This document shows, one piece after another, positions 37,651 through 51,527 of a stretch of DNA of 64,000 nt. The notes beneath the pieces were generated by a model. It made no database searches, had not been told where the DNA came from, and was given only the letters and a program-made list of their open reading frames with translations. The position numbers and the translations under genes are program-made. Positions within the stretch are counted from its first letter, which is position 1. Each line of letters begins with the position of its first letter. Source of the stretch: Eledone cirrhosa (lineage: Eukaryota); assembly GCA_964016885.1 (NCBI GenBank), contig OZ024742.1:206150001-206214000 (forward strand). Direction: 5' to 3'.

Positions 37651-37740
37651 TGTGTTACAATTGTTTCGCTGGTAGATAGCTTGAAACACGATCATTGTAT
37701 AGATCTGTCTGATTCTATAACTGCGGGTTCTTCGGACACA
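37651..37740 (-). ncRNA. Hammerhead remnant with long helix II insert (U4->C), in a Penelope-like tail ending at (TA)n ~37522
   Basis: Minus: TGTGT-CCGAAGA-(~61 nt)-GAAA-CAATTG-TA-ACACA; downstream AGAGTGCTC motif. Confidence 0.55.
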
Positions 37741-38854
37741 TGCAATGCTTTTGGAGCAAATTTTCTCAGTTATATTATATATAATATGTAATATGTAATT
37801 ACATATTATATGTAATTACCGTAAATGTAGAGAAAGGTGTAGCTTTATTCTAATTACCATCATTGTTGTTTAGTATAGTTTCTTATTGTATACAACTACA
37901 TCACCTGTCATAGGGTGGAAGAATTCTAACACTTGTATGCTTAGTTGAATTGGAGGTCAGAGAAAAAGAGGGACATAAATATCGAATCAGTATGCTCTGT
38001 CTAATAAACACTTCTAATTTAAAAAAATATGCTGTTAATAGTGTAATTTCTGTCATTGTCACTGCCACTAATATCATCACTAATAGTCATTTCGTAGGAC
38101 TACGGCAAAGAAAGCTTTGTTGTTATTTTTTGCAACTGTAGTAGCAGCAGGAGCAGTCCTTCTTTCCTCCCTGGCAGTAACTATTGCCATAAGCTGTAGC
38201 AAAAGCATAAGTAGCTATGGCAGTGTTTGCAGTAGTGACAATATCATCAACATCACTACCAATATCACTACCACACACCTATCCTTCTACATCATCAACT
38301 CATCATGATTATTATCAAAGTCATTATCAATACTATCTCTAAAAACAGTAGTAGCATCTATAGCTGTTGCTATAGAAATACATATGTTAATCCCCTCCAA
38401 AGTATTATTAATTCATAATTTCGTTTTTATTTGTCTTCTTAACAGAAAAAAAAAAGAAAAAATTAAATGAACTCCTTCAGTATTAATCAACAAGTTTAAC
38501 AAATCAACAATAACTTATTTAATCGTCAGTTGATAAAATGAATCAGTAATGAAATTAAAGGATATTGGGGTATATCCTGTATCCCTGCTGCTCAATTTCC
38601 AACATTTCTATTTAGTTCTGAACAAATTAAGACATCATTATAAATCTTTTGTCAATACCCCATTAAGTAAACTACTAATTGATAATTAATGTCCAAAATA
38701 ATTTCACTTGTTTTCGATAGACCTCTTGTTATCATCTCATATATAATATAGATTATAGATATAAACCTAGTGTATGACTAGTTACCAAACCTGTTACTGT
38801 TTTCTTTTCTTGGTTTATCTTTTTATTATTTTCTTCTTCCTACAATTGAAGATG

Positions 38855-39070
38855 TTGCCAGGAAGCTGGTCACCTTCTGATCAGGTGATTTCAGGGATAT
38901 AGTAGAACACAGTGGATTATTTGCCAGGAAGTTGGTTCCCTTGTGATCCAGGTGAATTTATGGGGATTTTAGAAATAATATAGTGCATTGTTGCCAGGAA
39001 GTTGGTCACCTTGTGATCCAGGTGACTTTAGGGTGATTTTAGAATGAACACAGTGGATTGTGTTCCCCAG
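38855..39070. repeat. Three-copy ~66-72-bp minisatellite
   Basis: ttgccaggaag(c/t)tggt(c/t) recurs at 38855, 38921 and 38991. Confidence 0.85.
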
Positions 39071-40504
39071 ATACAAATGAAGATTTGAATCAAAGACCAT
39101 GTTGACTCCTGTAAATTATAACAATGCTCTTGTTGTTTACTTTGGTGAGCTTGACCCTTTCATTACTGTCATTCTAATAATATACTCTGTATTCTAATTA
39201 ATTAAGGAAGAATTTTGAGAAATTTCTTAAAGTTATTGTTTCATTATTAAGATGGCATTTGTAACATAACAAAATATTAGTCCATAAAATCATGTTGGAA
39301 AATTTATTTCTTAGTAAAAGTTTTGGATTGGTTGATATCAAAAGAGTTAACCTATTTAGAGTACCTGTTAAGAAGTAGGTTGATGGCACCAGCAAAAAGT
39401 TTTGATTAGTACCACAATGCAATGTTAGTGACTAGATATAAACTGTTGATGATCAACTACTAATCTAATTCTCCTAGCAAAAAGGGAGCTATCATGCAGT
39501 TGTTTGACTAGCTAAAGCAAGCAGCCAAATCTTCAACAAATCTCACTACGCATTAAATAGTGTGGTCCAAAGAACATATCTGAAGAAAAAGTAAAAGACA
39601 ATAGCCACAGCTTGGGTGCTTTTTATCATGTTTCCTCAATCAGGGTAAATTCTGGGTGAACCAACAACAGGCTGACTACATTAACTAATGTGTCCTATTT
39701 TATGACCATCGAGTGGTGGTTATTAACTTTTGGGGCTCCATGTCCCAGCATGACAACTCAAAACATTTGATGCCACCACACTGTGTCAGTATAAAAAAGG
39801 TTTGGTGTTAAAAAGAAATGTAGAACATCCCACACTTATTCAAATCGTTTCTGGCGGTCTTGCACAGCATATTCAGAATCAGTGATATTTTTATCAAGTT
39901 GACTGATCATACAGAGGCTCTCTTATTGTTGTTTGAGTAGATGAAAGGACATATATGTATCTGTATGGTCAACGTATGACAGTTAATGTCAAAATTAACT
40001 ATTTAGAAAAATATATTTTTTGGTGCCTTGGTATTTTAAACAATCTATTGATTGAATGACATTTTAGTCACAACCATCTTGTTTTTAATAGCAAATAATA
40101 TCTAGATTTTGTTACCTAGTATATTCACCCCTTTTAAAGATCATAGAGTAAAACTTGAAGATTTGGCTGCTACTTTTATCATGTCAAGTAACTTCATAAA
40201 AGCTTTCTCATTCGCTAAACTGAATACTACAACGATGATCTATTCTTGAAACCACACCTTTTGACCTATATTTATATTACATGGCATCTCAAAGAATATA
40301 TATAGCTTCATATGTAGATGACACCACTCATAGTTTTCTACTATTCCCCAGGCAACATGAAAACTGCACAGGTATTAAAAATTTATATCTAGAAACAATA
40401 GACTTCTAGTGGCAAATCATTCTCCCTCACAAGCAATGTTCATTAAAAATATAAAAACAGCAAAAGAAACTCCAGCATATCCAGCCAACCATTACCTCCC
40501 CCCC

Positions 40505-41030
40505 TCATCATCATCATCATCATCATCATTTAACATCCATTTTCCTGGCTAACAAAGGTTGGATGTATCATCACAGACCTCCAGTTGGGCCAGAGGCTGT
40601 ATCCTGCTTACATACCTTCCCAGTACTTCCACCATAGCTACAAATAGTTGATCCTTGCTGTACTCCAACCTTTACTTCAAACACTTCACTGTTCCCACCC
40701 TTCTTCCTTGTGACTACATGCTTTCTCATACATTTAAATGGCTACTCTAATTAACCATTCCTCCACTCCTAATTCTCTCAATGCCTATGTCATTACTTCA
40801 CATAGAATCCTATCAAAAGCTTTCTCCATATCCACAAACCCCCAAAACGAATTCTTTCTTTTGTCTTTGTTCTTCTGCTTCACAATAAAAATGGCATCAG
40901 TCTTTCCTTTTCCCATCACGAATCCAAACACTATCAAATCTTAATTTTTTCCTTATCCTTTACTCTAACACACTTTCCAATATCTTCATTCCATGTTCCA
41001 ATCAAATTGTATTTCTGTAAATATCAAATT
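40505..41030 (-). mobile_element. Decayed RTE-clade LINE fragment
   Basis: Minus: QFGFVMGKGKTDAIFIVKQ..FVDMEKAFDR; (GAT)n tail at 40505-40530. Confidence 0.75.
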
Positions 41031-41112
41031 TGAGGTGAAGAAGAAGTTATTCTTAGGCTGGAGTGGCCTGAATGTTTGCAACAGAGTAGATCCCACTAAA
41101 GGCATCCAAGAG

Positions 41113-41446
41113 TCATCATCATCATCATCATTTTACGTCCGCATTTCCCTGCTTGCAAGGGTGTGATGGGAACTGATTCTGGCTTGATTTCTACAGCTGG
41201 ATGCCCTTCCTAACACCAACCTCATTTACAGTGAGTGCTGAGTGCTTTTTTGCCGTGGCACCTCCATGACCACTTTGCAGTGGAATGATAGAGACCCCAG
41301 TCCCTATCATCTCATTCTACAGCTGAGTAAACTGGAGCAATGTGAAATAAAGTGTCTTGCTCAAGGAAACAACACATCACCCGGTCTGAGAATTGAAATC
41401 ACAACCTTTCGATTGCAAGGCCAATGCTCTAACCACTAAGCCATGC
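41113..41446 (-). mobile_element. Full-length tRNA/CORE-type SINE with RTE-type (GAT)n tail
   Basis: tRNA head + ccttgagcaagacactttatttc + ggaagggcatccagctgtag + gcggacgtaaaatgatg; near-identical to 49685-50021. Confidence 0.85.
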
Positions 41447-41619
41447 ATAACTATTAACACATACACAGTGAATTTCATCAAAATAGGAGAACTAGATATA
41501 TGTTAGTTTTATTTTTGCTTCTCTAACTACATTTAATTGAATTAGTAGATATTCCTTTCATGGTTGACTGACAATACCTCTTCATTTACAAATATTGACT
41601 TGTGTTAATTCAAAATAAT

Positions 41620-41807
41620 TGTTCCTACTTTTGGCACAAGGCCAGCTATTACTCCAGTGTATTACTGGTACTTTATTTTATCGACCCCGTAAGGATGAAA
41701 GGCAAAGTTAACCTCGGCGAGATTTGAACTCAGAATGGGAAGAGCCGTAACTCTATGCATCAAAGCATGGCATCCGACCTTCTACCGATACTGCCAATCC
41801 ACTGCCC
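41620..41807 (-). mobile_element. Deu/Nin-type SINE with 19-bp TSD tgtgttaattcaaaataat
   Basis: TSD at 41601-41619 / 41808-41826. Confidence 0.9.
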
Positions 41808-42419
41808 TGTGTTAATTCAAAATAATGAGGTTACAAGAGTATATGTGCATACTATGTATGTTTCACAGATGAGACAAAGTAGTGATATGCTGTATAGTAG
41901 TAACATGTATGTCTGAGTTGTTAAGAAAATTGCTTTGTAATCATGTGTTTGCATTCGGTCACACCTTGCAACATTTTGAGCAAGAGTCTGTTACCATAGT
42001 TTCATGTTGACTCAAACATTTTGCTGTTGAATTGGCTGTATCTATATTTGTGTAGCAAATTTAATTTCTTGCCTAGTTTAACACCACCATCTGACTTTTG
42101 CATAGCTTTTGCAAAATTTACTCTGTTTCAAACATTTGGAATAGGTCTGAAGGTAACTCATGAGGTATGGTTTGTTTTCTTCTACCAATTTTAGGGGTCC
42201 TGTAATAGTGTTACTCTTCTGACTAAGCTATAAAAATATCTTAAAACATTGAAAATGATATACTTCACTTACATATTATTAAAGCCATTTTGGTTCCCTT
42301 ATAATGCCTTTAAACAATTTGGGAAAGTCACAATTCTTTTATTTGTAGTTCATCTTTAAGATAAAAAAACAAAAGAAAACAATTTCAACTTTGTTTTTCT
42401 CTTTCATATTGCTCATAAT

Positions 42420-42595
42420 TGTTTCTACTTTAGGCACAAGGCCAGCAATTACCCAGTACATTACTGGTACTTTATTTTATCGACCCCGTAAGGATGAAAG
42501 GCAAAGTTAACCTCGGCGGGATTTGAACTCAGACTGTAAAGGGACGTAACTATGCTAGAAAGCATGGCGTCCAACCCTCTACCAATACTGCCAAT
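42420..42595 (-). mobile_element. Deu/Nin-type SINE
   Basis: Consensus match. Confidence 0.88.
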
Positions 42596-42818
42596 AATAT
42601 ATTTTCAGACTGAAGCCATTGTAAAAAGCCAAGAAGATAATCCTACACAGTAGGTATTTATCTGCTTATACTAGTGTGAAAAGAAGGTTTCTTTTAATTG
42701 AGTAGTGGAAAATATTTTTATTTCCCAAAACTTAGACTGTAATGTTGCCCTGCATGTTCTACTTAAACAAATAGTTTACACACACACACACAAACAAATA
42801 TATCTATATGCAAGCATG

Positions 42819-42849
<31 letters not shown>

Positions 42850-43061
42850 CATCATCATCATCATCATCATCATCGTCGATTAATGTCTATCTTCCACACT
42901 AGCATGGGGTTAGACGGGTCCTATAGTAGAGTTTCTGGCTGGTTTTCTATGGCTGGATGCCCTTCTTAACGAAAACCACACTGACAGTGTGTGCTGGGCG
43001 CTTTTTGCTGTGTCTTTTACACGTCCACTTTACAGCGTGGGCCGTGTCTTTTACACATCCA

Positions 43062-43127
<66 letters not shown>

Positions 43128-43129
<2 letters not shown>

Positions 43130-43665
43130 TCTAGAATAAGGACAGGATGAAGAAGTTTAGGGAGCTAATTCCTCTGTTGACAACAAAGGGTTTCTCCCTA
43201 GGAATGAAAGGTCGGTTATATGATACCTGTCTGAGATGCACAATGCTGCATGGTAGTGAGACATGGTGAGCAGCTGCGGAGGATATGTGATGGCTGGAGA
43301 GAAATGAAGCAAGCATGCACTGATGGATGTACAATGTCAATGTGCGTACATGACCAAGCATAGACAAGTTGAGAGTGAAACTGTGTATAAGATAAGAGGG
43401 ATAACTGTAGTGTGCAAGAGAGAAGATTGCATTGGTATGGCCATGTGGTGTGCATGGAAGATGACTGCTGGGTGACGAAGTGCAAAGAAATCCCAATGGA
43501 AAGAAGACACAGTAGAGAAAGACCATGAAAAACATGGCCGGAGGTGATGAGAGCAGACCTCAGATTGCTGAAGGTCACAGAGAAGATGACGAAGGACCGT
43601 GACAAATGGAGAGATGCTGTGCATAAAAGGACCCATCTCACCATTGCAAGCAAGGTGATGATGAT
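43128..43665 (+). mobile_element. RTE LINE 3' fragment (further 3'-end scrap at ~44036-44200)
   Basis: KKFRELIPLLTTKGFSLGMKGRLYD..MLHGSETW, RRLHWYGHV; ends in gatgatg. Confidence 0.85.
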
Positions 43666-43729
43666 AAATAATTACAACAATGGCATGAACAAGTTCTCAA
43701 GTTTCATTTGGTTCTAAAACACTACTTAA

Positions 43730-43950
43730 CACTTTAGCATTTATACCGGCCATATCCGGCCAGGATGGGCTCACCTCTTTCTGTTCAAACCAGCCATAAC
43801 TGGCTGCTCATACTTATGTTAAGATATTGTCCTCAAAATAAATAATATCAAAATCTTATAGATTTGATATTTTGTGAGATAATTATGTGAGATAAAGCCT
43901 TTACTGCGAAAATACAATAGAATATATAAAGTAATGCAAATGCTAAAGGG
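43730..43950. mobile_element. piggyBac-type MITE
   Basis: TTAA (43726-29) + CACTTTAGCATTT ... AAATGCTAAAGGG + TTAA (43951-54); 12/13 TIR match with TTAA TSD. Confidence 0.75.
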
Positions 43951-45034
43951 TTAAACACCCCAACACCTTCCAACTCACTCCCAATCAATTATCTTGCTCT
44001 TACCATTCAGTATTTTCTGTATATATATATATATACGGAGTAGGTAGACCCAGAAAAACCTGGGACGATCTGATAAATTCCGACCTTACACACTTGCACT
44101 TCTCTAAGACAATGTCACTGGACCGAGATCTTTGGCGCTACGCAGTAATACAGAAGACCCGCCTTGCCTATGTACAAAGCGAAACCTACAGTCAGTAGGC
44201 ACCTCTTAACCAAATATACATCCCAATCCACTACCCCTACCCTATCCTCCCACTCCCACCAACACCAGCCCCTCTCTATAAAGTTGGTACCACAACATCC
44301 TGTCCAAATAAATGAGATAAATGAGATCGACAACCTGAGATCAGTTTGACAATCACCACCGACAAATGTGAGGAAGTTCTCCAGGAAAGTTAACCAGGAA
44401 TCTTTAAAAAATCTCCCCACCGAAGTTAACAAAGAACTTACTAGATCTACAAAACCAAATTGTAAAATTATAATATTATAAAATTAAATTGAATTGTTTA
44501 GAACTACAAGTGAAGTCATTCTTTTCCTTTCTTTAAATATACCTAACTGTACCAAGGATCTCACACAGCTGACGGACCCAGCATAGGTATCATATATGTA
44601 TATATATATATATGCAAGCATGTAAATGCTTTTTCTTTCTGAAAAATAGTTAGATAATTGCTCTCAAGAGGCAACTGTACTCCATTTTATTTTAGAGCCA
44701 TACACTCCACTTATAATGTTATCCTTTGACTCTATTAGTACATTTATTTGCTTCACTAGCTCTAAAGATCTGCTCTAGTTAACACCCATAAAACATTTCA
44801 GAATTGATCTAATTACTGATAAATTGCAATTAATTAGTGCAGGCAGTCTAACTCAAATTCTTTCTTTTCTTCATGTTTCTTAATGTCAATAATTATACAT
44901 AATGGTTTTTGTTCAGTAAAATAATAAAAGTTGCAAAACAAAAAGTAAAGCAAGTTTATAGTTTTTGATATTTCACTTCTTGAAAATCTTTGAGATTTGA
45001 CATAGGAAATCTATCTTGTTTATCAACCCAACTA

Positions 45035-47512
45035 CCAACATTAATGGATAAGTGGGGCAGTACCAGGACAAATTCTGTGGAATTCATGGTGGCTATGGTT
45101 ATGGCTCAAGAAATGAAGACGGATTGAGGCTCCTGGAATTCTGTGACGTGAATAAATTAACCTATTGTAACACAAATTTCAGGAAACTAACCAGCCACCT
45201 GATTTCATGTGAATCAGGTGAACATACAAGCCAAATTGATTACTTACTCATAAGACAATGGGATAAACACTAAGGACTTCCTGGGGAAGAATGCACCACA
45301 CAACACAAGTTAGTTACAACAACAAAATAAACACAAGACAAAAAAAGATATACATGAAAATATAGAGATGGAGGGTTTAGAAGCTAAAAGATCTTTCAGT
45401 TAAATATAGGCTTAGAAAGGCCCTACAGGATGAACTAGATGAGAAGGTAATGAGCTAGGTACATATAACATAGAGGACAACTGGAAATTCCTACGTGACA
45501 AACCTTTTGCAACCTACTGAGGAGAGTTGTAGCTAGAGTAAAGTGCCAGCCAGACAGAGGGTGACCTGGTGGTGAAACAGCACAGTAGATAGAGCCATTA
45601 AAGCCAAGAAACAGGCATGGAAAGTCTGGAAAAATGGGGGTAGCTAAAAGAGAAGCTAGACAACAGGTATACACAGCCCAGAGAGAGGCTAAAAAAAGAA
45701 AGTTTGCCAATGTCTTGAGATGTGAGGACCAGAGATGTGAAGTGTTTTGCTTTTCAAGGCAGCATTTTAGTGTAAATTGCGATGTTGTTGGAGAAAAATG
45801 TCTTAAAAATGATGCTGATACAATTATACCACTGATGCCCAAAAGAAAGAGGCCTGGAAATGTTACAAAGAGCGATTGATGAAAGTAGAGAATGACTGGG
45901 ATGAAGAAAAACTACTCCTAATTTACCCAAAGGAAGGACCAGCTTTTGAAGTTGTCAGTTATAGGGTCAAAGAAGCAATGAAAGAGATGAAGAATGGTAA
46001 AGCTGTGGGACGATCAGAGATAGTTGCTGAGATGCTAAAACCAACAGGTGAAGCAAGAGTCAGACTAGTAACCCGCATAGTCAATCAGGGAATACAGGAG
46101 GTAGTCATACCCAATGACTGGCAGTACAATCATAAATTGTTACAAGGGCAAAAGTGATGCTCTAGAAAGGAGCAGCTACAGAGGAATAAAACTAATGGAC
46201 CAAGTTATGAAAGTGACAGAAAGAGTTATAACACAACTAATTAGGGAAAGAGTCAAATTAGATGAGATGCAGTTTGGTTTTATGCCTGGGAAAAGTACTA
46301 CAGATACCCTCTTTTTAGTGAGGCAACCACAAGAGAAGTTCCTAGCCAAAAATAAGTCACTATATTTAGCTTTTGTTGATCTAGAAAAGGCTTTTGACAG
46401 AGTACCCCAATCTGGTGGTCCTTAAAGAAATTAGGTGTAGAAGAATGGCTTGTGAGAGCAGTGCAAGCCATGTACAGAGAAGCTGTCAGTAAAATGACAG
46501 TAGGAAGTGAGTTTAGTGAGGAATACAAGATACAGGTAGGAGTTCATCAAGGTTCGGTTCTTAGTACACTGCTGGGAACATCTCTATGCAGTTGATTTGG
46601 TCCTTATAGCTGAATCTATAAAAGAACTAGAAAATAAGTTTTAACTATGGAAACAGTATTTAGAATCAAAAGGTCCGAGAGTAAACTTAGCCAAAACTAA
46701 AGTGCTAGTGAGTAGGAAAAAACTGAAGACCTTTCAGGGAAGTGGTCCTACTCAATATGTAGAAAAAGAGTAGGCATAAACTCTAATCAGTGTACACATT
46801 GTAAATCTTGGGTACACAAGAGATGTAGAGGTATAATGGGTAGACTAACAGGAAAGGACGGCTTAGTATGTAGATGCACAAGAGTAATCAAAGGGAAGAG
46901 CAGCAGTTATCTAAACCCCTTCAAGTCACAAATTGGTTGTTGGTATCTTCTATTATCAAGGTGACATAAATAGCAGTGGAGGAGGGTAGTCTGAGAGCAT
47001 AATAGCTAGAATAAGGATAGGATGGAAGAAGTTTAGAGAGCTACATCCAATGTTGACAACAAAAGGCTCTTCCCTATATACAAAAGGACAACTGTATGAT
47101 GCCTGTGTGTGAATTGCAATGCTGCATGGTAGTGAAACAGGGATAGCAATTGCAAAAGACATGTAGACTGGAGAGAAATGAAGCAGCTTTGCTTCACTGG
47201 ATATGTAACGTAAATGTGAGAGAAAGGATGAACTGAAGGAAAAGCTGGGTATACAAGGAATTTGAGGTGGTGTGCAGGAGAGAAGACTGCTTTGGTATGA
47301 ACATAGGATGTGCATGAATGATGATTGATGGGTGAAGATGTGCCAAGAAATGCCTGTGCATGGAAGCTGCAGTAGAAGTAGACTGAGAAAGTCCTGGGCA
47401 GGTGTGATGAAAACTGACTTCAAATCGCTGAAACTCACAGAAAAGCACCCATCCAACTAATGCAAGTGTGGAAAAAATAGACGTAAAAACGATGATGGGG
47501 ATAATGATGATA
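45035..47512 (+). mobile_element. Decayed 5'-truncated RTE-clade LINE
   Basis: HGGYGYGSRNEDGLRLLEFC, SQIDYLL, YRGIKLMDQVMK, QFGFMPGKSTTD, AFVDLEKAFDRVP; tail gacgtaaaaacgatgatg. Confidence 0.92.
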
Positions 47513-49684
47513 ATAGCAAGGAAAGCAGACATTCATTCATGATTACATACACACACATATATTCTACTTTCATGATTGAATGTAGATTTTATTTTTTCAA
47601 ATATATTCCTTTGTTGTAATTTTATATGGTATTTCTTTTTTATTTGCATAATATTCTACATAGATGGCAACCACAGAACAAATCCCCTATATGTTCTTCT
47701 ATAAAATATTACTGATATTATCATCCTATCAAGAACAATAGTATATAACTCAACACTTTGGATTCAATTATACTATATTTCTGTCAACATCAGTTAATTT
47801 CTTCCAGGCTCTTCTTTTTCAAAATATCTTCTCATTTCCTCTATTAGAGGCAGTTGTTAGAATATCAGATAGAATGCCATATGGTATCTTTTCAGGCTCT
47901 TTGCCATCAGAGTTCATATCTTTGCCTTCCATCCTTTTGGGGTCAATAAAATATCAATCTAGCACAAGGGTTGGTTCTGCTCTCTCTTTCTGGAGCAAGA
48001 AATCTGCTGTGGTCAGATTTGGGCTCATGGCACATTTATGTCATGATAGTGCTTCTACAATTCCCTCAGAAGTTGAGGGTTTAAACCAAGACCTTTTAGT
48101 ATTTTTAGCAGACTTACTATATTCAATTCAAATGTGGAGATGACTAAATGAAAAGGGTAGCAGAGAACCAGTTGTAAATAGGAAAGAGTAGCTTATTGTT
48201 CCAGGTAGTAGCAGCACCCTTGTTGATTTGACAAGTCATTCAGTAATTTTTCATATCAAGTTCAATTCCTTCCATGGGAAAATCTATCTGTAGAGATTAT
48301 CATTTAATCTAGGGAAAGATTTGTCTTGCATCAGTTTAATGCTATGAAAGCAGTCATGTCAGCGACATGACAAAAAGTGCCCGGTCCACACTGTAAAGTG
48401 GTTGTGTAGGTGACTCAACAAAAAGCACCCAGCACACACTGTAAATGTGGTTAGCGTTTGGAAGGGTATCCAGCTGTAGAAACCAAGCCAAAATCAATTC
48501 CATGTCCCCCAACCTGGTCATTCATGTTGGGACAGCCTGTCCTACCCATGCTAGTGTGGATGATGGATGTTAAACGATGATGATGATGATGATGATGATG
48601 ATTCAGATAAATATCAAGCCATGTGGATGATTGTGATTCGGAATAAGATTAGTTTTTGTATATTCAAGTCAACTGAAAGAATTTTCCATCAGAAAAATGC
48701 AGTAACTTTTCTTCTTTTTATTTTTGCTGTTGGAACATGAAATCCAACAGTGAGAGGTGTCAATAATCTTAACAAACCATTCTTATTGACATAACTTTGT
48801 AGAGAACTGCCATATTAATACTTATTATCACCAGTCTTCTTACTGCTTTGGACCTGCCAGCCTGGCATTTTGTTACAGTTATTTACACAGATCTCTTCAT
48901 GAATCAGTGATTGTCTTACATTGTTGCTTTTGTCTGAAGTCTTCTGTAAGACATTGTCATAAGGTTAATTGATAAATATATTTCTTTTAGTGATTATTAT
49001 TCAGATGCCCAGAGTTGGAGACTGCACATTTGCCAGAAGGTCAGGGTCTCAAAAGAAATAGAATAATGGTGAATTATACTGTTTAATTTAGAAGTATTAA
49101 GATGATTAGTATGACAATACAGCTCACTAAGTTATAGAACTTCACAGTATATTAGCAAAGACAATTACCAATGACTATATCTAATTCCTGGAAATAGATA
49201 CTATGAAGAGGTATAGTTTACTATTGTAAACATCAGCATAGTATGATTTATAAGTATTTGATGTGATGATCAAATGGATTACTTTAGCTAATTTTCAAAT
49301 TCAAGTTCAAATTCTTTTATAAGTTTGACTTAGCATTTTGTCCATTCTGATATCTTCCTTCTGTCTTTTAGTTAAAAACCAGTTCGGGTTGATGCTAGAA
49401 TGTCTATCTGGCCATAGAGTACAGATTCAAAAAGTCTTATCCAACTCAAGCCAGTATTGAAAAGCAGACATAAAAATGATGATGAAAACGATATTTGGTC
49501 GGGAAATATACTGATTAAAACAGCAGAGATAAACACACAACAAACGATGACATTATTTTGGTAATTTCTTACCAAGTAATAATAATATTAGTTAAAAAAT
49601 TTAGTTTTGTAATCTAACTTGTTAATAATTCAAGTTAAGCCTTATTACAAGATGAACAAAAATTGGGTGTCTTTAATTTCTATT

Positions 49685-50021
49685 CATCATCATCATTTTA
49701 CGTCTACTTTTCCCTGCTTGCAAGGGTGGGACAGGAACTGATTCTAGCTTGATTTCTACAACTGGATGCCCTTCCTAACACCAACCTCATTTACAGTGAG
49801 TGATGGGTGCTTTTTTGCTGTGGCACCTCCACGACCACTTTGCAGTGGAATGATAGGGACCCCCAGGGTCCCTATCATCTCATTTCTATAGCTGAGTAAA
49901 CTGGAGCAATGTGAAATAAAGTGTCTTGCTCAAGGAAACAACACATCACCTGGTCTGAGAATTGAACTCACAACCTTTCGATTGCAAGGCCAATGCTCTA
50001 ACCACTAAGCCATGTGCCTCC
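49685..50021 (-). mobile_element. Full-length tRNA/CORE-type SINE with RTE-type tail
   Basis: Near-identical to 41113-41446; attcatca on both flanks. Confidence 0.85.
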
Positions 50022-50506
50022 ATTCATCAAATTATATATTAATTACATATAGAATTCAGTATTTTTTTTTTAATTGGGAATAAATTATATTTTAGGGAAA
50101 TATAGAGTTGATAGAAATGAACTACAATATATTTCAAGTAATTGTTTTACTTTGAGGATTATATATTAGTTAGAGGCTTAATACTTACTACATTAAATAT
50201 GTTAACACGAATTCAACCATTATTTTTGATGTGAAAGGCATCTTTGAGTAATTAGCGTCAGTGCTTTGTTTTCTTTTTAAAATATGCTAATATTTCCCCA
50301 CTACTCATGTACACATTGCTGGACAGATTCAGATGTAGATCCTGCGCAAGATGGCTGGATAACATCGATAAGCCCGACTGGTCTCACTTGGGGATCCAGC
50401 CAGATCAATTGGAGTTGGTTATTTGTGATATGATTCACTGGAAGCAGTACTTGAGGACTCTGTCCGCATCAACCTCCCAGGATTGGACAAAAGGTGGAGG
50501 GGGAGA

Positions 50507-50526
50507 AGTAGTAGTAGTAGTAGTAA

Positions 50527-50574
<48 letters not shown>

Positions 50575-50612
50575 GAGGAGGAGGAGGAGGAGGAGGAGGA
50601 GGAGGATAAGGA

Positions 50613-50660
<48 letters not shown>
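50507..50660. repeat. Compound microsatellite (GTA)n(GGA)n(TAA)n
   Basis: Direct observation. Confidence 0.95.
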
Positions 50661-50664
<4 letters not shown>

Positions 50665-50830
50665 AAGGAAGATTCTGTCAATATAAGTACATCACAAGTC
50701 TAAACACTAAAGATGCATGTGTGAGTATGTATGTTCTTCCTTGAACATGGCGGACCTTGTTGTCTCTTGAGGTCACTGGTTGTGACTTTGTGATAACTCG
50801 TATGAACATAAAGCAAGATAAATGCAACTG
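50660..50830 (+). mobile_element. R4/Dong family B 3' end in (AAT)n
   Basis: Near-identical to 29713-29883. Confidence 0.85.
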
Positions 50831-51351
50831 TAATAATAATAATAATAATAATAAGAAGAAGAATCATTTACATAGTAAAGTATGATAACATTGTAAGAGG
50901 ATAGGATAAAATTCTTTGCAGTATTTGATCTGGTTCTCTTGAACTCTGAGTTCAGCTTTACCTTTCATTCTTTTGGGGTTGAAAAAATAAAATAGCAATC
51001 CAGGGTGATGGATTGGGGGAACTAATAATAGTGTCAGGTGAGATGCTTTGTGCTATTTGTTCCAGTTCTTTATGTTCTGAGTTCAGATCCAACTGTAGTC
51101 TAATTGGTTGGTAGACAATCTGTCATATAGTTTAACACTACCAGCTGACCCATGAGTACCTTTAAAAGAGTTCACTCTGTTGCAAGTATTTAGGCCAGGT
51201 CTATGCTTAGAGAATACCTTCCTCACTTCCCATCAGTAGTTTCAGAGGCTCTGAATATGGCCATGGCCAATGTCCTTTCCTCCCTGACTAAAACTTAAAA
51301 GAGAAAATATCTAGATTTGTTTCCTGTACTTACAGAAACAATCAAAATAAT

Positions 51352-51527
51352 TGTTTCTACTTTTGGCACAAGACCAGCAATTACCCAGTGCATTACTGGT
51401 ACTTTATTTTATCGACCCCGTAAGGATGAAAGGCAAAGTTAACCTCGGCAGGATTTGAACTCAGAATGGCAAGGGCGTAACTCTATGCATCAAAGCATGG
51501 CGTCCGACCCTCTACCGATACTGCCAA
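51352..51527 (-). mobile_element. Deu/Nin-type SINE with ~12-bp TSD aat(c/t)aaaataat
   Basis: TSD at 51340-51351 / 51528-51539. Confidence 0.88.

Noticed and set aside
50307-50500. ORF MYTLLDRF...RWLDNI...WKQYL as a host gene
   Set aside because: Resembles a decayed LINE C-terminus running into a microsatellite tail.
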